The notes beneath the pieces are model-generated. The model searched no databases, was not told the origin of the DNA, and saw only the letters and a program-made list of their open reading frames with translations. This document shows, one piece after another, positions 40,162 through 49,500 of a stretch of 64,000 bases of DNA. Position numbers and translations under genes: made by a program. The stretch spans positions 1-64,000 of the forward strand of contig OZ243913.1 of NCBI GenBank assembly GCA_965213705.1, read 5' to 3'. How positions within the stretch are numbered: position 1 is the stretch's first letter; every line of letters starts with the position of its first letter. Source of the stretch: Trueperaceae bacterium (GTDB taxonomy: Bacteria > Deinococcota > Deinococci > Deinococcales > Trueperaceae).

Positions 40162-41271
40162 ATGACCCTGACGAAAACGAAGCTCGAGCCCACCCTTACC
40201 AAGCGCCCGCGCCGCCTGCGGGCGACAGCCGCGCTCCGCACCCTCGTCGCCGACACCTTTTTGCGGCCCGAGGACTTCATCGCGCCCTACTTCGTGGTGC
40301 CGGGCCACAATGAGGTGCAGCCGGTCGGCGCGCTGCCCGGCGTGTCGCGCTTCAGCGTGGATAGGTTGATGGGGGAACTCGAGCGCGCCCTCAACTTGGG
40401 CGTCCGGGCGGCGGTGTTGTTCGGCGTCGTGCCGGAGAGCGGCAAGTCCGCCGACGCGAGCCTGGCCGACGACCCGCAAGGCCCCATCAACCGGGCGCTG
40501 CGCGAGGCGCGGGCCGCCTTTGGCGACGACATTGTGCTCGTCACCGACGTGTGTTTGTGCAGCTACACCGACCACGGCCACTGCGGGCTCCTCAAAACGA
40601 CGCCGCGGGGGACGGTGGTGGACAACGACTCGAGCTTGGGGCACCTTGCAAACATGGCGCTCTCTCACGCCCATTCCGGGGCCGACCTCGTCTCGCCGTC
40701 CGATATGATGGACGGGCGGGTTTCCGCGATTCGGCAAACCCTCGACGCCGAGGGGCACAGCGAGGTCGGGATTCTTTCTTACGCGGTGAAGTACGCTTCG
40801 GCCTTTTACGGGCCATTTCGGGAGGCGGCGGGGTCGGCCCCGAAGGAGGCCCCCCCTGTCGTCGCTGACGCCCAACAACCCCCCCTTTTAGGGGGGGACC
40901 GACCGAGCGAAGCGTTGGTCAGGGGAGGTCCGCCCAAAGACCGCAAGACGTACCAGATGGACTACCGCAACAGCTCGGAAGCCCTGCGCGAAGCCGCGCT
41001 CGACGAGGCCGAGGGCGCGGACATGCTGATGGTCAAGCCCGCGCTGCCCTACTTAGACGTGCTGGCACGACTGCGGGAGAAGACGGTTTTACCGCTGGTG
41101 GCCTACAACGTCTCGGGCGAATACGCCATGCTCAAGGCGGCGGTGAGCGCGGGCGCGCTTGAAGAAGCGCCTGCCGTGCTCGAGTCCCTGACCGCCATCA
41201 AGCGGGCCGGGGCCGACCTAATCGTCAGTTACCACGCCGTAGAGGCACTGGAAAAAGGCTGGTTGGCTTGA
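40162..41271 (+). CDS. hemB: Porphobilinogen synthase (Zn-binding Cys type) with an in-frame insertion
   Basis: RPRRLR, DVCLCSYTDHGHC, PSDMMDGRV, SAFYGPFR, TYQMD, MVKP and AYNVSGEY motifs. Confidence 0.97.
   Translation: MTLTKTKLEPTLTKRPRRLRATAALRTLVADTFLRPEDFIAPYFVVPGHNEVQPVGALPGVSRFSVDRLMGELERALNLGVRAAVLFGVVPESGKSADASLADDPQGPINRALREARAAFGDDIVLVTDVCLCSYTDHGHCGLLKTTPRGTVVDNDSSLGHLANMALSHAHSGADLVSPSDMMDGRVSAIRQTLDAEGHSEVGILSYAVKYASAFYGPFREAAGSAPKEAPPVVADAQQPPLLGGDRPSEALVRGGPPKDRKTYQMDYRNSSEALREAALDEAEGADMLMVKPALPYLDVLARLREKTVLPLVAYNVSGEYAMLKAAVSAGALEEAPAVLESLTAIKRAGADLIVSYHAVEALEKGWLA
40849..40930. repeat. Palindromic element inserted in frame within hemB
   Basis: Near-complementary ends (CCCCCCTGTC ... 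GTCAGGGGAGG), an internal CCCCCCCT-TTT-AGGGGGGG hairpin and a GAGCGAAGCG core. Encodes extra PPVVADAQQPPLLGGDRPSEALVRGG. Confidence 0.7.
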
Positions 41272-42446
41272 AGCGCAGACCTTCTCTCACCTCCCGCACG
41301 GTCACGCGCGCGGCCTTCGGCGTCATCATCGTGTTCGTGCTGGCGCAAGTGGTGTGGTGGATTATTTTTCAGAACCGCTATATTTCCGGGGTCACGTGGG
41401 ACACGCTCGCGGCTTGGCAGCAAGACGCTCGAGCGGCGAACGACGCCTTCAGCGCCATCCCCGACCCCGCCCTCGTTCAGTCGCTGCAAGCGGACTACCC
41501 ACACCTCCTGTTCGACGAAACCACAGGTACATTCAAGCTCAATCCTGAAGTCGTGGCGGCGTTTACCAACAGGCAAAACGGCTTCGTCCGCATGGTCGCC
41601 TTCGAGGGGCCGTTTTTCGTGCTCGTCGTGCTGGGCGGGCTCTACATCATCGCCAAGAGTTTACGCACCGAGCGCGAACTCAAGCGGCGGCAGCAAAACT
41701 TTTTGTCGGCCATCACCCACGAGTTCAAGACGCCGCTCAGCACGCTGCGGCTCCTCGTCGAAACTGTCCTCATGCGGAGTTTGCCGCCGGAGAAACAGCG
41801 GGACTATTTGTCCCGGATGGAAGGCGAGCTGACGCGGCTCGAGAGCACCAGCGAGCAAGTCCTCGCGGCGGCGCGGCTCGAGCAGTCGCGCACAGCCCCG
41901 CTGTTGGAACCCCTGGAAATGAACAGTGTCGTGCAGGGCGTGGTCGGGAGGTTGCGGGCGGGCCTCGAGGCGCGCGGCGCGCGTTTGAGCGTCGTCTACA
42001 GCCCCGAGCCGTTGCCCGTTTCCATCGACAGCAGCGCCTTCGCCGTGGTGCTCGGCAACCTCCTCGACAACGCGGTGAAGTACAGTCCGGGAGCCGAGAA
42101 AACCGTGACGGTGCGGCTGGTGCGCCAACGCGACCTCGTGATGACCCACGTCGAAGACCACGGCGTCGGCATTTCGGAGGGTGAGCGCAAGCGCGTGTTC
42201 GAGCGCTTTTACCGCGTCGGCAGCGAGATGACGCGCCGCTCGACCGGCGTCGGCTTGGGCTTGCACCTGGTTCGCAGCATGACCGAGGCGATGAACGGGT
42301 GGGTAAGGCTCGAGGCCAACACCCCCCAGGGCAGCCGCTTCACCGTCGTGCTGCCGCGCCGCGTCGTGGCGACGGCAGACGAACAAACGGACGAGCGAAC
42401 GGACGAACAAGGGGCGGAAACCTTCACCGTGAGCGGCCGAGCGTGA
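41268..42446 (+). CDS. Sensor histidine kinase
   Basis: Two TM helices, THEFKTPL (H box), NLLDNAVKYS, DHGVGI, FERFYR and GVGLGL motifs. Overlaps the hemB stop. Confidence 0.95.
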   Translation: MKRRPSLTSRTVTRAAFGVIIVFVLAQVVWWIIFQNRYISGVTWDTLAAWQQDARAANDAFSAIPDPALVQSLQADYPHLLFDETTGTFKLNPEVVAAFTNRQNGFVRMVAFEGPFFVLVVLGGLYIIAKSLRTERELKRRQQNFLSAITHEFKTPLSTLRLLVETVLMRSLPPEKQRDYLSRMEGELTRLESTSEQVLAAARLEQSRTAPLLEPLEMNSVVQGVVGRLRAGLEARGARLSVVYSPEPLPVSIDSSAFAVVLGNLLDNAVKYSPGAEKTVTVRLVRQRDLVMTHVEDHGVGISEGERKRVFERFYRVGSEMTRRSTGVGLGLHLVRSMTEAMNGWVRLEANTPQGSRFTVVLPRRVVATADEQTDERTDEQGAETFTVSGRA

Positions 42447-43204
42447 AGCCGACCGTTCTCATCATCGAAGACGAGGCGCTGCTGGCCGAGGTTTTGGTCG
42501 ACAACTTGGAGGCCGAGGGTTACGCTGTCACGGTCGCGCCGGACGGGCGGGCGGGTTTGGACGTGTGGCAACAGACGCGACCTAACCTCATCGTTTTGGA
42601 CGTGATGCTGCCTTTTATCGACGGCTACGAAGTGTGCCGGACGATGCGGGGTGCGGGCGACACGACGCCGGTTTTGTTCCTGAGCGCCAAGGGCCGGCCC
42701 GACGACCGGGTCGAGGGGCTCGCCGCCGGGGGTGACGACTACCTGCCCAAACCCTTTCACCTCCCCGAGTTTTTGCTGCGCGTGCAGAACATGTTGCGCC
42801 GTCAGGGTTGGGGACAGGATTGGAAACAGCGTTGGGGAGAGGCCGAGAAACAAGTGCCTACAGACTCGAGCTTCGCCTTCGGCGGACACCGGGTAGACTT
42901 TCGCACCTGGACGGCCGCGCTGGCGAGTGGCGCTGAGGAACCTTTGGGCGAGCGCGAACTCGGTATTTTTAGGTTGTTGGCGCACCGCGCGAACGAGGTT
43001 GTGAGCCGCGACGACATCCTGGACGCGGTCTGGGGCGACGACGCCTTCCCGAGCAGCCGCACGGTCGACAACTTCGTGGTTCGACTGCGCAAGCTGTTCG
43101 AGCCCGACCCCGGCCACCCGGTTTACTTTCACACGGTGTGGGGCGTGGGCTATAAATTTACGCCGGAAGGCGCGGGCGAACTGACCCTGAAAAACTCAAC
43201 TTAA
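42443..43204 (+). CDS. OmpR-family response regulator
   Basis: GTG start overlapping the HK stop. IIEDE, LDVMLP, DDYLPKPF, RTVDNFVVRLR and TVWGVGY motifs. Confidence 0.95.
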   Translation: MKPTVLIIEDEALLAEVLVDNLEAEGYAVTVAPDGRAGLDVWQQTRPNLIVLDVMLPFIDGYEVCRTMRGAGDTTPVLFLSAKGRPDDRVEGLAAGGDDYLPKPFHLPEFLLRVQNMLRRQGWGQDWKQRWGEAEKQVPTDSSFAFGGHRVDFRTWTAALASGAEEPLGERELGIFRLLAHRANEVVSRDDILDAVWGDDAFPSSRTVDNFVVRLRKLFEPDPGHPVYFHTVWGVGYKFTPEGAGELTLKNST

Positions 43205-44115
43205 ACGACGCTCGCTGAACGTTGTCCGCACGAGTCTTGTCCACAGGAGGCCAGGGGCGCGCCGCTCTCGAGCTGCAACGTCGTGTGGACGATTTCGAAC
43301 TCGTCGTGAAGCCCGCGCCGCGCCTGCACGATGAGGGCGTTGTTTTGCACCTCTTCCGGCACGACGAGGTGCGCGGTCAGCGCGGTCTCAGTCGTGCTCA
43401 TCGCCCAAATGTGCAGGTCGTGGACCTCGCTCACGCCGGGCAGGGTTTTCAGGTAGGCTCGCACCGCCTCCGGGTCGATGCCCTCGGGCACAGCGTCGAG
43501 CGACAGCCGCAGCGCGTCGCGGAACAAGCCCCAGGTGCTCCACAGCACCACCGCCACAATGACGAGGCTGATAACCGGGTCGAGCCAAACCGCGCCCGTG
43601 TAAAGGATGACGACTCCGGCGACCAGCACGCCCAGCGTCACGAGGCCGTCCGCCATCATGTGCAAAAACGCGCCGCGGATGTTGAGGTCGTCCTGGCCCT
43701 TGACGAACAGGTACGCCGTACCGAAGTTAACCACCAAGCCGACAAGCGTCACCCAGATAATCGTCGCGCCGGGTACGGGGGCGGGGTCTTGCAAGCGCCC
43801 GACGGCCTCCCACACGACCACGCCCATCGCGCCGAAGAGCAGCAGCGCGTTGAACAGCGAGGCGACGATGGGCGAACGTTTCAAGCCGTAGGTAAAGCGC
43901 TCCGAGGGCGGCCGCAGGGCCAAGCGCGCCCCCGCCCAGGCGATAATGAGGCTCAGCACGTCGCTGGCGTTGTGGCCCGCGTCGGCAATGAGTCCGAGCG
44001 AGCCGACCGACAAGCCCACCGCCGCCTCGACCATCACGTAAAGCGTGTTCAGACCGATGCCGACGGCAAAAGCCCGGCCGAAACTTTTGGGTGCGTGTGA
44101 GTGGTCGTGTGCTAT
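43201..44115 (-). CDS. Cation diffusion facilitator (CzcD-type Zn/Co/Cd efflux), apparent ATA start
   Basis: ADAGHNASD, NIRGAFLHMMAD, VHDLHIW and HTTLQLE motifs. The frame extends 26 codons upstream of 44037 to ATA-AHDHSHAPK. Confidence 0.9.
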   Translation of the reverse strand: MAHDHSHAPKSFGRAFAVGIGLNTLYVMVEAAVGLSVGSLGLIADAGHNASDVLSLIIAWAGARLALRPPSERFTYGLKRSPIVASLFNALLLFGAMGVVVWEAVGRLQDPAPVPGATIIWVTLVGLVVNFGTAYLFVKGQDDLNIRGAFLHMMADGLVTLGVLVAGVVILYTGAVWLDPVISLVIVAVVLWSTWGLFRDALRLSLDAVPEGIDPEAVRAYLKTLPGVSEVHDLHIWAMSTTETALTAHLVVPEEVQNNALIVQARRGLHDEFEIVHTTLQLESGAPLASCGQDSCGQRSASVV

Positions 44116-44359
44116 GGGTCTTGCCCCCTTCGAAAATGCGACTTGCAGTATAGCCCGCGAGAGGGGGCTGACCTCCTCGAGCCGTCATCTTTTGACTCGC
44201 TTACTCACCTTATGCCGCAGCTATCAGCCTGGAAAATGGGCCGATGAGGTTGAGGAAACAGAATGCAGAACGGGTTTGGTCGATTCTCCCTTCTGCACTC
44301 TGTTTCCTTTTTCTTCCCAGAATCCTCTGTAGAACAACGTGCTCGCGAAAGGTGCGTCA

Positions 44360-44953
44360 TCACTTGAGCCCCAGTGCTCCCAAAACGCTCGGTCTGATCA
44401 ACTTGTAAAACATCCTCGCCATCTCGTGTGGCGGGGTTTTCATGTCGTCCTCGAGCCAACCCGTGAGAACCGACAGCATCGCTCCGGCGACGAAGTCGGC
44501 TATGACGTTGGGCGGCACGGACGGTTTGACGCCGATGGTCTGAATCGCCTGGTGCGCGGTTTGCGACGCATAAAACCTCAAGCGTTGCAGCATGAGACCG
44601 CCGCCCTGGCCGTTCAGGACGACCCTGAAGAGGGCCGGGTCGCGCTGCACGACCTCGAACACGACCAGCGCGGGGTGCGGCGCGCCGCGCAGGAGGTCTT
44701 GGCTGGAGAATCCCTTGACCTCCTCGAGAATCCCCTCCACCAACGCATCGAACGAACTCAACAACAGGGCGTCTTTGTCGTCGAAATGCAAGTAAAAAGT
44801 CGCTCTCGCCACATCGGCCCGCTCGGTGATTTCGGTAACGGTGATGCTCTCGTAATTCTTTTCTAAAATCAGCGCCATCAGCGCGTCGAACAAGCGCCCC
44901 TGCGACCGCCGCACCCGCCGGTCCTTGGGGGTGGAACGTTCAGAAGTAGACAT
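44360..44953 (-). CDS. TetR/AcrR-family regulator
   Basis: DRRVRRS..LFDAL..ITVTEITERADVARATFYLHF HTH. Confidence 0.93.
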   Translation of the reverse strand: MSTSERSTPKDRRVRRSQGRLFDALMALILEKNYESITVTEITERADVARATFYLHFDDKDALLLSSFDALVEGILEEVKGFSSQDLLRGAPHPALVVFEVVQRDPALFRVVLNGQGGGLMLQRLRFYASQTAHQAIQTIGVKPSVPPNVIADFVAGAMLSVLTGWLEDDMKTPPHEMARMFYKLIRPSVLGALGLK

Positions 44954-45045
44954 ACACACCCTTCTGTCCAGTAGTAGACGTTTTCGCCCGGTTGTTCTTG
45001 ACGGGCCTTCCTTGCAGCCCCTACATTAACAGTGTGACCAATAGA

Positions 45046-45057
45046 AGACAACTGTCT
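45046..45057. promoter_or_regulatory. Candidate TetR operator
   Basis: AGACA-AC-TGTCT palindrome next to a TAAACT -10 box, between divergent TetR and monooxygenase genes. Confidence 0.45.
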
Positions 45058-45092
45058 ATAAACTGACGCTCGTTTGCGAAAGGGGTTGGACC

Positions 45093-46769
45093 ATGACCGG
45101 AAAAGGAACAGGAACTCTTACAGAGACGGACGTGCTCATCGTCGGAGCCGGTCCTACCGGCCTTACCGCCGCTACACTTTTGGCCCGCTACGGGGTGAAG
45201 TTTCGCATCATCGACAAAAACGCTGCGGCGGCTGAGAAGTCCAGGGCGCTGGGTGTGCAGGCGCGCACCCTGGAGCTGTGGGACAAGCTCGGTTTGGCTG
45301 AAGGTGCAGTGGCGCGCGGGCAAGCCCTGCAAGCCCTCAACCTCATTACGAAAGGCACGGTTGATGAAGGCGGTAGGCCGTTTATAGCGTTGGGGCGCGA
45401 CGGGAAGGACATCTCGCCCTACCCCTACCTGCTCATCCACGAGCAGAACAAGACCGAAAAGATGCTCTTAGCCGACTTAGCCGCTCAAATCGGACCAAAG
45501 GGTGCCTACGGCGTCGAGCGGGGTACCGAAATCGTGGGCCTTGTGCCTGCCGAAGACAAGGTGACGGTCGTCTTGCGCCACGAGGACGAACAGCGAGAGA
45601 CTGTAGAAGCGAAGTGGCTGATTGCCGCCGACGGCGCGAGCAGCTTTGTACGCAAGACGCTGGCCTTAGAGTTTGACGGCGCGACCTACGCCGACCCGCT
45701 GTTCGTGGCCGACGTGGACCTCGAGTGGCCCCTGTCACGCGACAAGTTTTACGCCCAGGTGCCGCGCCAGGGAATGCTGACCTTTTTTCCGATGCGCGGG
45801 GACGGCTACTCAGACAACCAGTACCGCATCATCGCGCGTATTCCAAGAGAGTTGGAGAGCAAAGACGAGCTTACGGGTGAGGACATCCAACAAATCTTAG
45901 ACAAGCACAGCGTCGTGAGAGCGAAAATTACCGCCACGCGCTGGGTGTCCAAGTACCGCATCCACCGCCGCATGACCAGGGCGTTTCGTGTCGGGCGTGT
46001 TTTTTTAGCGGGCGACGCGGCGCACATCCACAGTCCAGCCGGAGGTCAAGGGATGAACACGGGCATTCAAGACGCCTGGAAACTCGCCTGGAAACTCGCG
46101 CTCGTGGTGAAGGGTCAAGCGGCTGAAGAACTTTTGGAGAGCTACGAACTCGAGCGTATCCCCGTCGCTAAAGCCGTGCTGAACGGCTCGGACAAAGGCT
46201 TTTCTTTCATCGGCTCACCGAACTACGTTTTTCACCTGCTCCGCAGTGCCCTCCTGCCGCGCCTCACCAGCCTCGCTTCACGCGAAAGTGTTGGCAAGGG
46301 CATCTTCAAGTTTCTCTCGCAGACCTGGATTAACTACCGCAAGAGTCCGGCAGTGGGCAGCGACAAGGGCGCCAAACGGGTCAAGCCCGGCGACCGTGCG
46401 CCCTACGCACGCTTCACCTTGGGTGAGAGCGTCTATTCGCTGCTGCACGGCGTAGACCACCACCTGCTGCTCTTTGCAGGCCGGGGTGCTGACGTGGAGG
46501 CGGAGCGTGCGCGGGCCGAGGCGCAGCTGAACGACTACGGCGTCACAACGCGAGTACACGTTGTCGGCGCTAAAGAGACTGCTTTGCGCGAGGCGTACGG
46601 CGTGGACGAGCCCAGTGCGTTTCTGGTGCGTCCCGACGGACACGTCGCGTGGCGCGGCGCTGTGAGCTTGGATGACTTGGCATCTTACATGGACAGGTTT
46701 TACACACGTTGTACCGAAGCCGAGCAAAAGACAGCGCCCGCGCAGCCGAAGTTTGAGGTCGCCGTCTGA
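45093..46769 (+). CDS. FAD-dependent monooxygenase (aromatic hydroxylase-like)
   Basis: GAGPTG, ADGASSFVR, LAGDAAHIHSPAGGQGMNTGIQDA and C-terminal LVRPDGHVAW. Confidence 0.93.
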   Translation: MTGKGTGTLTETDVLIVGAGPTGLTAATLLARYGVKFRIIDKNAAAAEKSRALGVQARTLELWDKLGLAEGAVARGQALQALNLITKGTVDEGGRPFIALGRDGKDISPYPYLLIHEQNKTEKMLLADLAAQIGPKGAYGVERGTEIVGLVPAEDKVTVVLRHEDEQRETVEAKWLIAADGASSFVRKTLALEFDGATYADPLFVADVDLEWPLSRDKFYAQVPRQGMLTFFPMRGDGYSDNQYRIIARIPRELESKDELTGEDIQQILDKHSVVRAKITATRWVSKYRIHRRMTRAFRVGRVFLAGDAAHIHSPAGGQGMNTGIQDAWKLAWKLALVVKGQAAEELLESYELERIPVAKAVLNGSDKGFSFIGSPNYVFHLLRSALLPRLTSLASRESVGKGIFKFLSQTWINYRKSPAVGSDKGAKRVKPGDRAPYARFTLGESVYSLLHGVDHHLLLFAGRGADVEAERARAEAQLNDYGVTTRVHVVGAKETALREAYGVDEPSAFLVRPDGHVAWRGAVSLDDLASYMDRFYTRCTEAEQKTAPAQPKFEVAV

Positions 46770-46985
46770 ATTTCGAGGGGCTTCAAGATTCCAAACCTTT
46801 CAAGCTCGAGCCCAGAAAGGACGTACCGTGTTAAGACAACTCGTCAGAATGATTACAGGCGGTGACGGCGAAGCCGGGGGGCCGTGCGTGGGCGTCTTCC
46901 CCGCCAATGCAAGCCAGGGCTTCGTGGTACGTGAAAAGCTTGTGATATAGTGGCGCGTTGCGTACCACACGCTCGGAGGCCTCTC

Positions 46986-48266
46986 TTGTCAGATTCTCAG
47001 ACGTCAGACCCAATCCGCCAGCGCACCGTCTCGAGAACCACTCTGGGCGTCGTTGAAAAACCCAGTCCCGCCCGCGTCGACGACGTGTTCGCAAAAGCGT
47101 TCAACTTCACCCGCGCCGACGAGGCGGTGGCGGCAGGGATGCACCCCTACTTCAAACCTATCGCCTCGCAAAACGGCGGCACGGTCGTGGTGGGTGGTCG
47201 CGAAATGATCATCACCGGCTCGAACGACTACCTGGGTTTGACCCAGGACGGTCGCTTGAAAGAGTCCTCACGGCGCGCGCTCGACGACTTCGGGACGAGC
47301 TGCACGGGCTCGCGCTTTTTGACGGGCACCTTGACGTTTCACGACGACTTGGAACTGCGCCTCGCCAAGTTTTTGCAAAAGGAAACCGCGCTGACCTTCA
47401 GCGCCGGGTTTTTGGGCTGCTTGTCTGTCGTGAGCGTGCTGGCGGGTCGCCACGATATTTTGTACTTCGACCGCGAGAACCACGCCTGTCTTTACGACGG
47501 CGCGCGACTGTCGTTCGCCGCGCTGCGCAAGTACGAGCACAACGACGTCGCGGACTTAGAACGGCTGCTCGAGAAAGACAAAGATAAACCCGGCGGCCGG
47601 TTAATTGTCACCGACGGCGTGTTTTCGATGAGCGGACACATCGCCAAGTTACCGGAACTTGTCAAAGTCGCCCGCAAGTACGGCGCGCGAATTATCGTCG
47701 ACGACGCGCACGCGACCGGCGTTTTGGGCAAACACGGCCGCGGCAGCGCCGAGCACTTCGGGTTGAACGAAGAAGTCGACGTCATCGTCGGCACCTTTTC
47801 GAAGTCGTTCGCCTCGGTCGGCGGCTTTATGGCCGGGCCGCGCGAAGTGGTGAACTACGTCAAGCACAAGGCGCGGCCGTTTATTTTCACGGCGGCCTTG
47901 CCCGCCATGCAGATGGCGGCGGCCCTGAAAGCCTTAGACATCATGGAGACCGAGCCGCAGCACCGCGACCAGTTGTGGCGCAACGTGCGGCACTACCACC
48001 GGGGCATGAACGCTCTCGGCTTCGACACGCTGGGCACGCAAACACCAATCGTCCCCGTCGTCATCGGCGACGACGACATGACGCTGCTGTTCTGGCGCGA
48101 ACTGTGGGAAGAGGGCATTTTCACCACGCCGTCGGTGCCGCCCGCGGTGCCGCTGGGACAGAGCATCATCCGCACCTCGGTCAACGCCAACCACGAACCC
48201 CAGCACATCGACGGCATTTTGAGCGCGTTCGAGAAGGTCGGGAAGCGTCTGGGCGTCATCGGCTAG
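46986..48266 (+). CDS. spt: Serine palmitoyltransferase-like alpha-oxoamine synthase (PLP)
   Basis: SD GGAGG then in-frame TTG 46986. HPYFKPI..GSNDYLGL, GTSCTGSRFLTGT, NHACLYDG, DGVFSM, DDAH and GTFSKSF motifs. Neighbours are bCerS- and CerR-like genes. Confidence 0.8.
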   Translation: MSDSQTSDPIRQRTVSRTTLGVVEKPSPARVDDVFAKAFNFTRADEAVAAGMHPYFKPIASQNGGTVVVGGREMIITGSNDYLGLTQDGRLKESSRRALDDFGTSCTGSRFLTGTLTFHDDLELRLAKFLQKETALTFSAGFLGCLSVVSVLAGRHDILYFDRENHACLYDGARLSFAALRKYEHNDVADLERLLEKDKDKPGGRLIVTDGVFSMSGHIAKLPELVKVARKYGARIIVDDAHATGVLGKHGRGSAEHFGLNEEVDVIVGTFSKSFASVGGFMAGPREVVNYVKHKARPFIFTAALPAMQMAAALKALDIMETEPQHRDQLWRNVRHYHRGMNALGFDTLGTQTPIVPVVIGDDDMTLLFWRELWEEGIFTTPSVPPAVPLGQSIIRTSVNANHEPQHIDGILSAFEKVGKRLGVIG

Positions 48267-48278
48267 CCCGGCCGTCTT

Positions 48279-49388
48279 ATGCTCGCCGTCCGTCCCGTCA
48301 AGGCCAAAGCCGACTTAATCAGGTTCATCGAGTACCCGTACCGAAAGTACCGCACCGACCCCCATTGGGTGCCGCCCTTACGCATGAGCGAGCGCGAGCG
48401 CTTCGACGAGAAGAAAAACCCGTTTTTCGAGCACGGCTGCATGGAGCTGTTTTTAGCTGAGCGTGACGGTCACGTCGTGGGGCGCGTCGCGGGCATCGAC
48501 GACGACCTTCACAACGAGACGCACGGTGACAACACGGCTTTTTTCGGCTTTTTCGAGGCGGAGGACGCGGGGGTGGCTCGAGCCCTCTTAACACAAGTCG
48601 AAACCTGGGCCGCAAGCTTGTCGCGCAGCGCCCTACGCGGCCCCACCAACCCCACCATGAACGACGGCGCGGGCTTTCAAATCAACGCCTTCGACACCGA
48701 CCCCTACGTCATGATGCCCTACAACCCGCCCGAGTACCCGGCTTTTGTCGAGGCGGCGGGCTACCGCAAAATCAAAGACCTCTACGCCTGGTACTTGGGC
48801 TCCGACGTGGGTCCGAGCGAGCGGCTGCTGCGCCTCGCCGACCGCGCCGCGAAACGGTACAGCTTTACGATTCGCCCCGTGCAGATGAAACATTTCGACA
48901 AAGAGGTCGAGCGCGTGCTCGGTTTTTACAACGACGTCTGGGAAAAGAACTGGGGCCAGACGAAGTACACGCCCAAGGAAGCCGAAATCCTCGCCAAAGA
49001 ACTTAAACTTATCGTCGACCCCGAAATGGTGCTGATGTTGGAAATAGAGGGCGAGCTGGCGGGCGTCGCGGTGGGCTTTCCCAACGCCAACCAGCTGTTC
49101 AAAAAAATGAACGGACGACTCTTGCCCTTCGGTATATTTTACGCGCTGCGAGCTAAAAAAATCATGAACGAGATGCGCCTGCCGATTTTGGGCGTCAGGC
49201 CCGAGTACCGCAACAAGGGTTTGGAGCTGGCCCTCATCGCCGAGTTTTGCCGCCGGGGCATCGCGCGGGGCTACACCGGGGCCGAGTGCTCGTGGATTTT
49301 GGAGGACAACGAAGCCATGAACAAGGGCATCGCCGCGGCGGGCGCGGAGCTTTACAAGACGTACCGGCTTTATCAGAAAGAGCTATGA
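48279..49388 (+). CDS. Bacterial ceramide synthase-like GNAT N-acyltransferase
   Basis: 369 aa with DPHWVPPL..E..KNPFF, VGRVA, FFGFFE, MPYNPPEY, KDLYAW, WEKNWG, NGRLLPFG, LGVRPEYRNKG, SWILEDN and KTYRLY. Confidence 0.8.
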   Translation: MLAVRPVKAKADLIRFIEYPYRKYRTDPHWVPPLRMSERERFDEKKNPFFEHGCMELFLAERDGHVVGRVAGIDDDLHNETHGDNTAFFGFFEAEDAGVARALLTQVETWAASLSRSALRGPTNPTMNDGAGFQINAFDTDPYVMMPYNPPEYPAFVEAAGYRKIKDLYAWYLGSDVGPSERLLRLADRAAKRYSFTIRPVQMKHFDKEVERVLGFYNDVWEKNWGQTKYTPKEAEILAKELKLIVDPEMVLMLEIEGELAGVAVGFPNANQLFKKMNGRLLPFGIFYALRAKKIMNEMRLPILGVRPEYRNKGLELALIAEFCRRGIARGYTGAECSWILEDNEAMNKGIAAAGAELYKTYRLYQKEL

Positions 49389-49500
49389 CAGGAGGAAGGA
49401 GAAAGGAGAAAGGAGAAAGTGAAGTCACAAACTTTTTCCCCTCTGCTTCTCGGCTCCCCTGCTCCTCCGCCCTGCTACTTGAAGGTGCAGCGACTCAGCT

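Noticed and set aside
46986..48266. BioF, Kbl or ALA synthase as the identity of the PLP enzyme
   Set aside because: There are no bio or tdh neighbours, heme uses the C5 route here (hemA), and the N-terminal motif and bCerS/CerR-like neighbours favour Spt. Not formally excluded without phylogeny.
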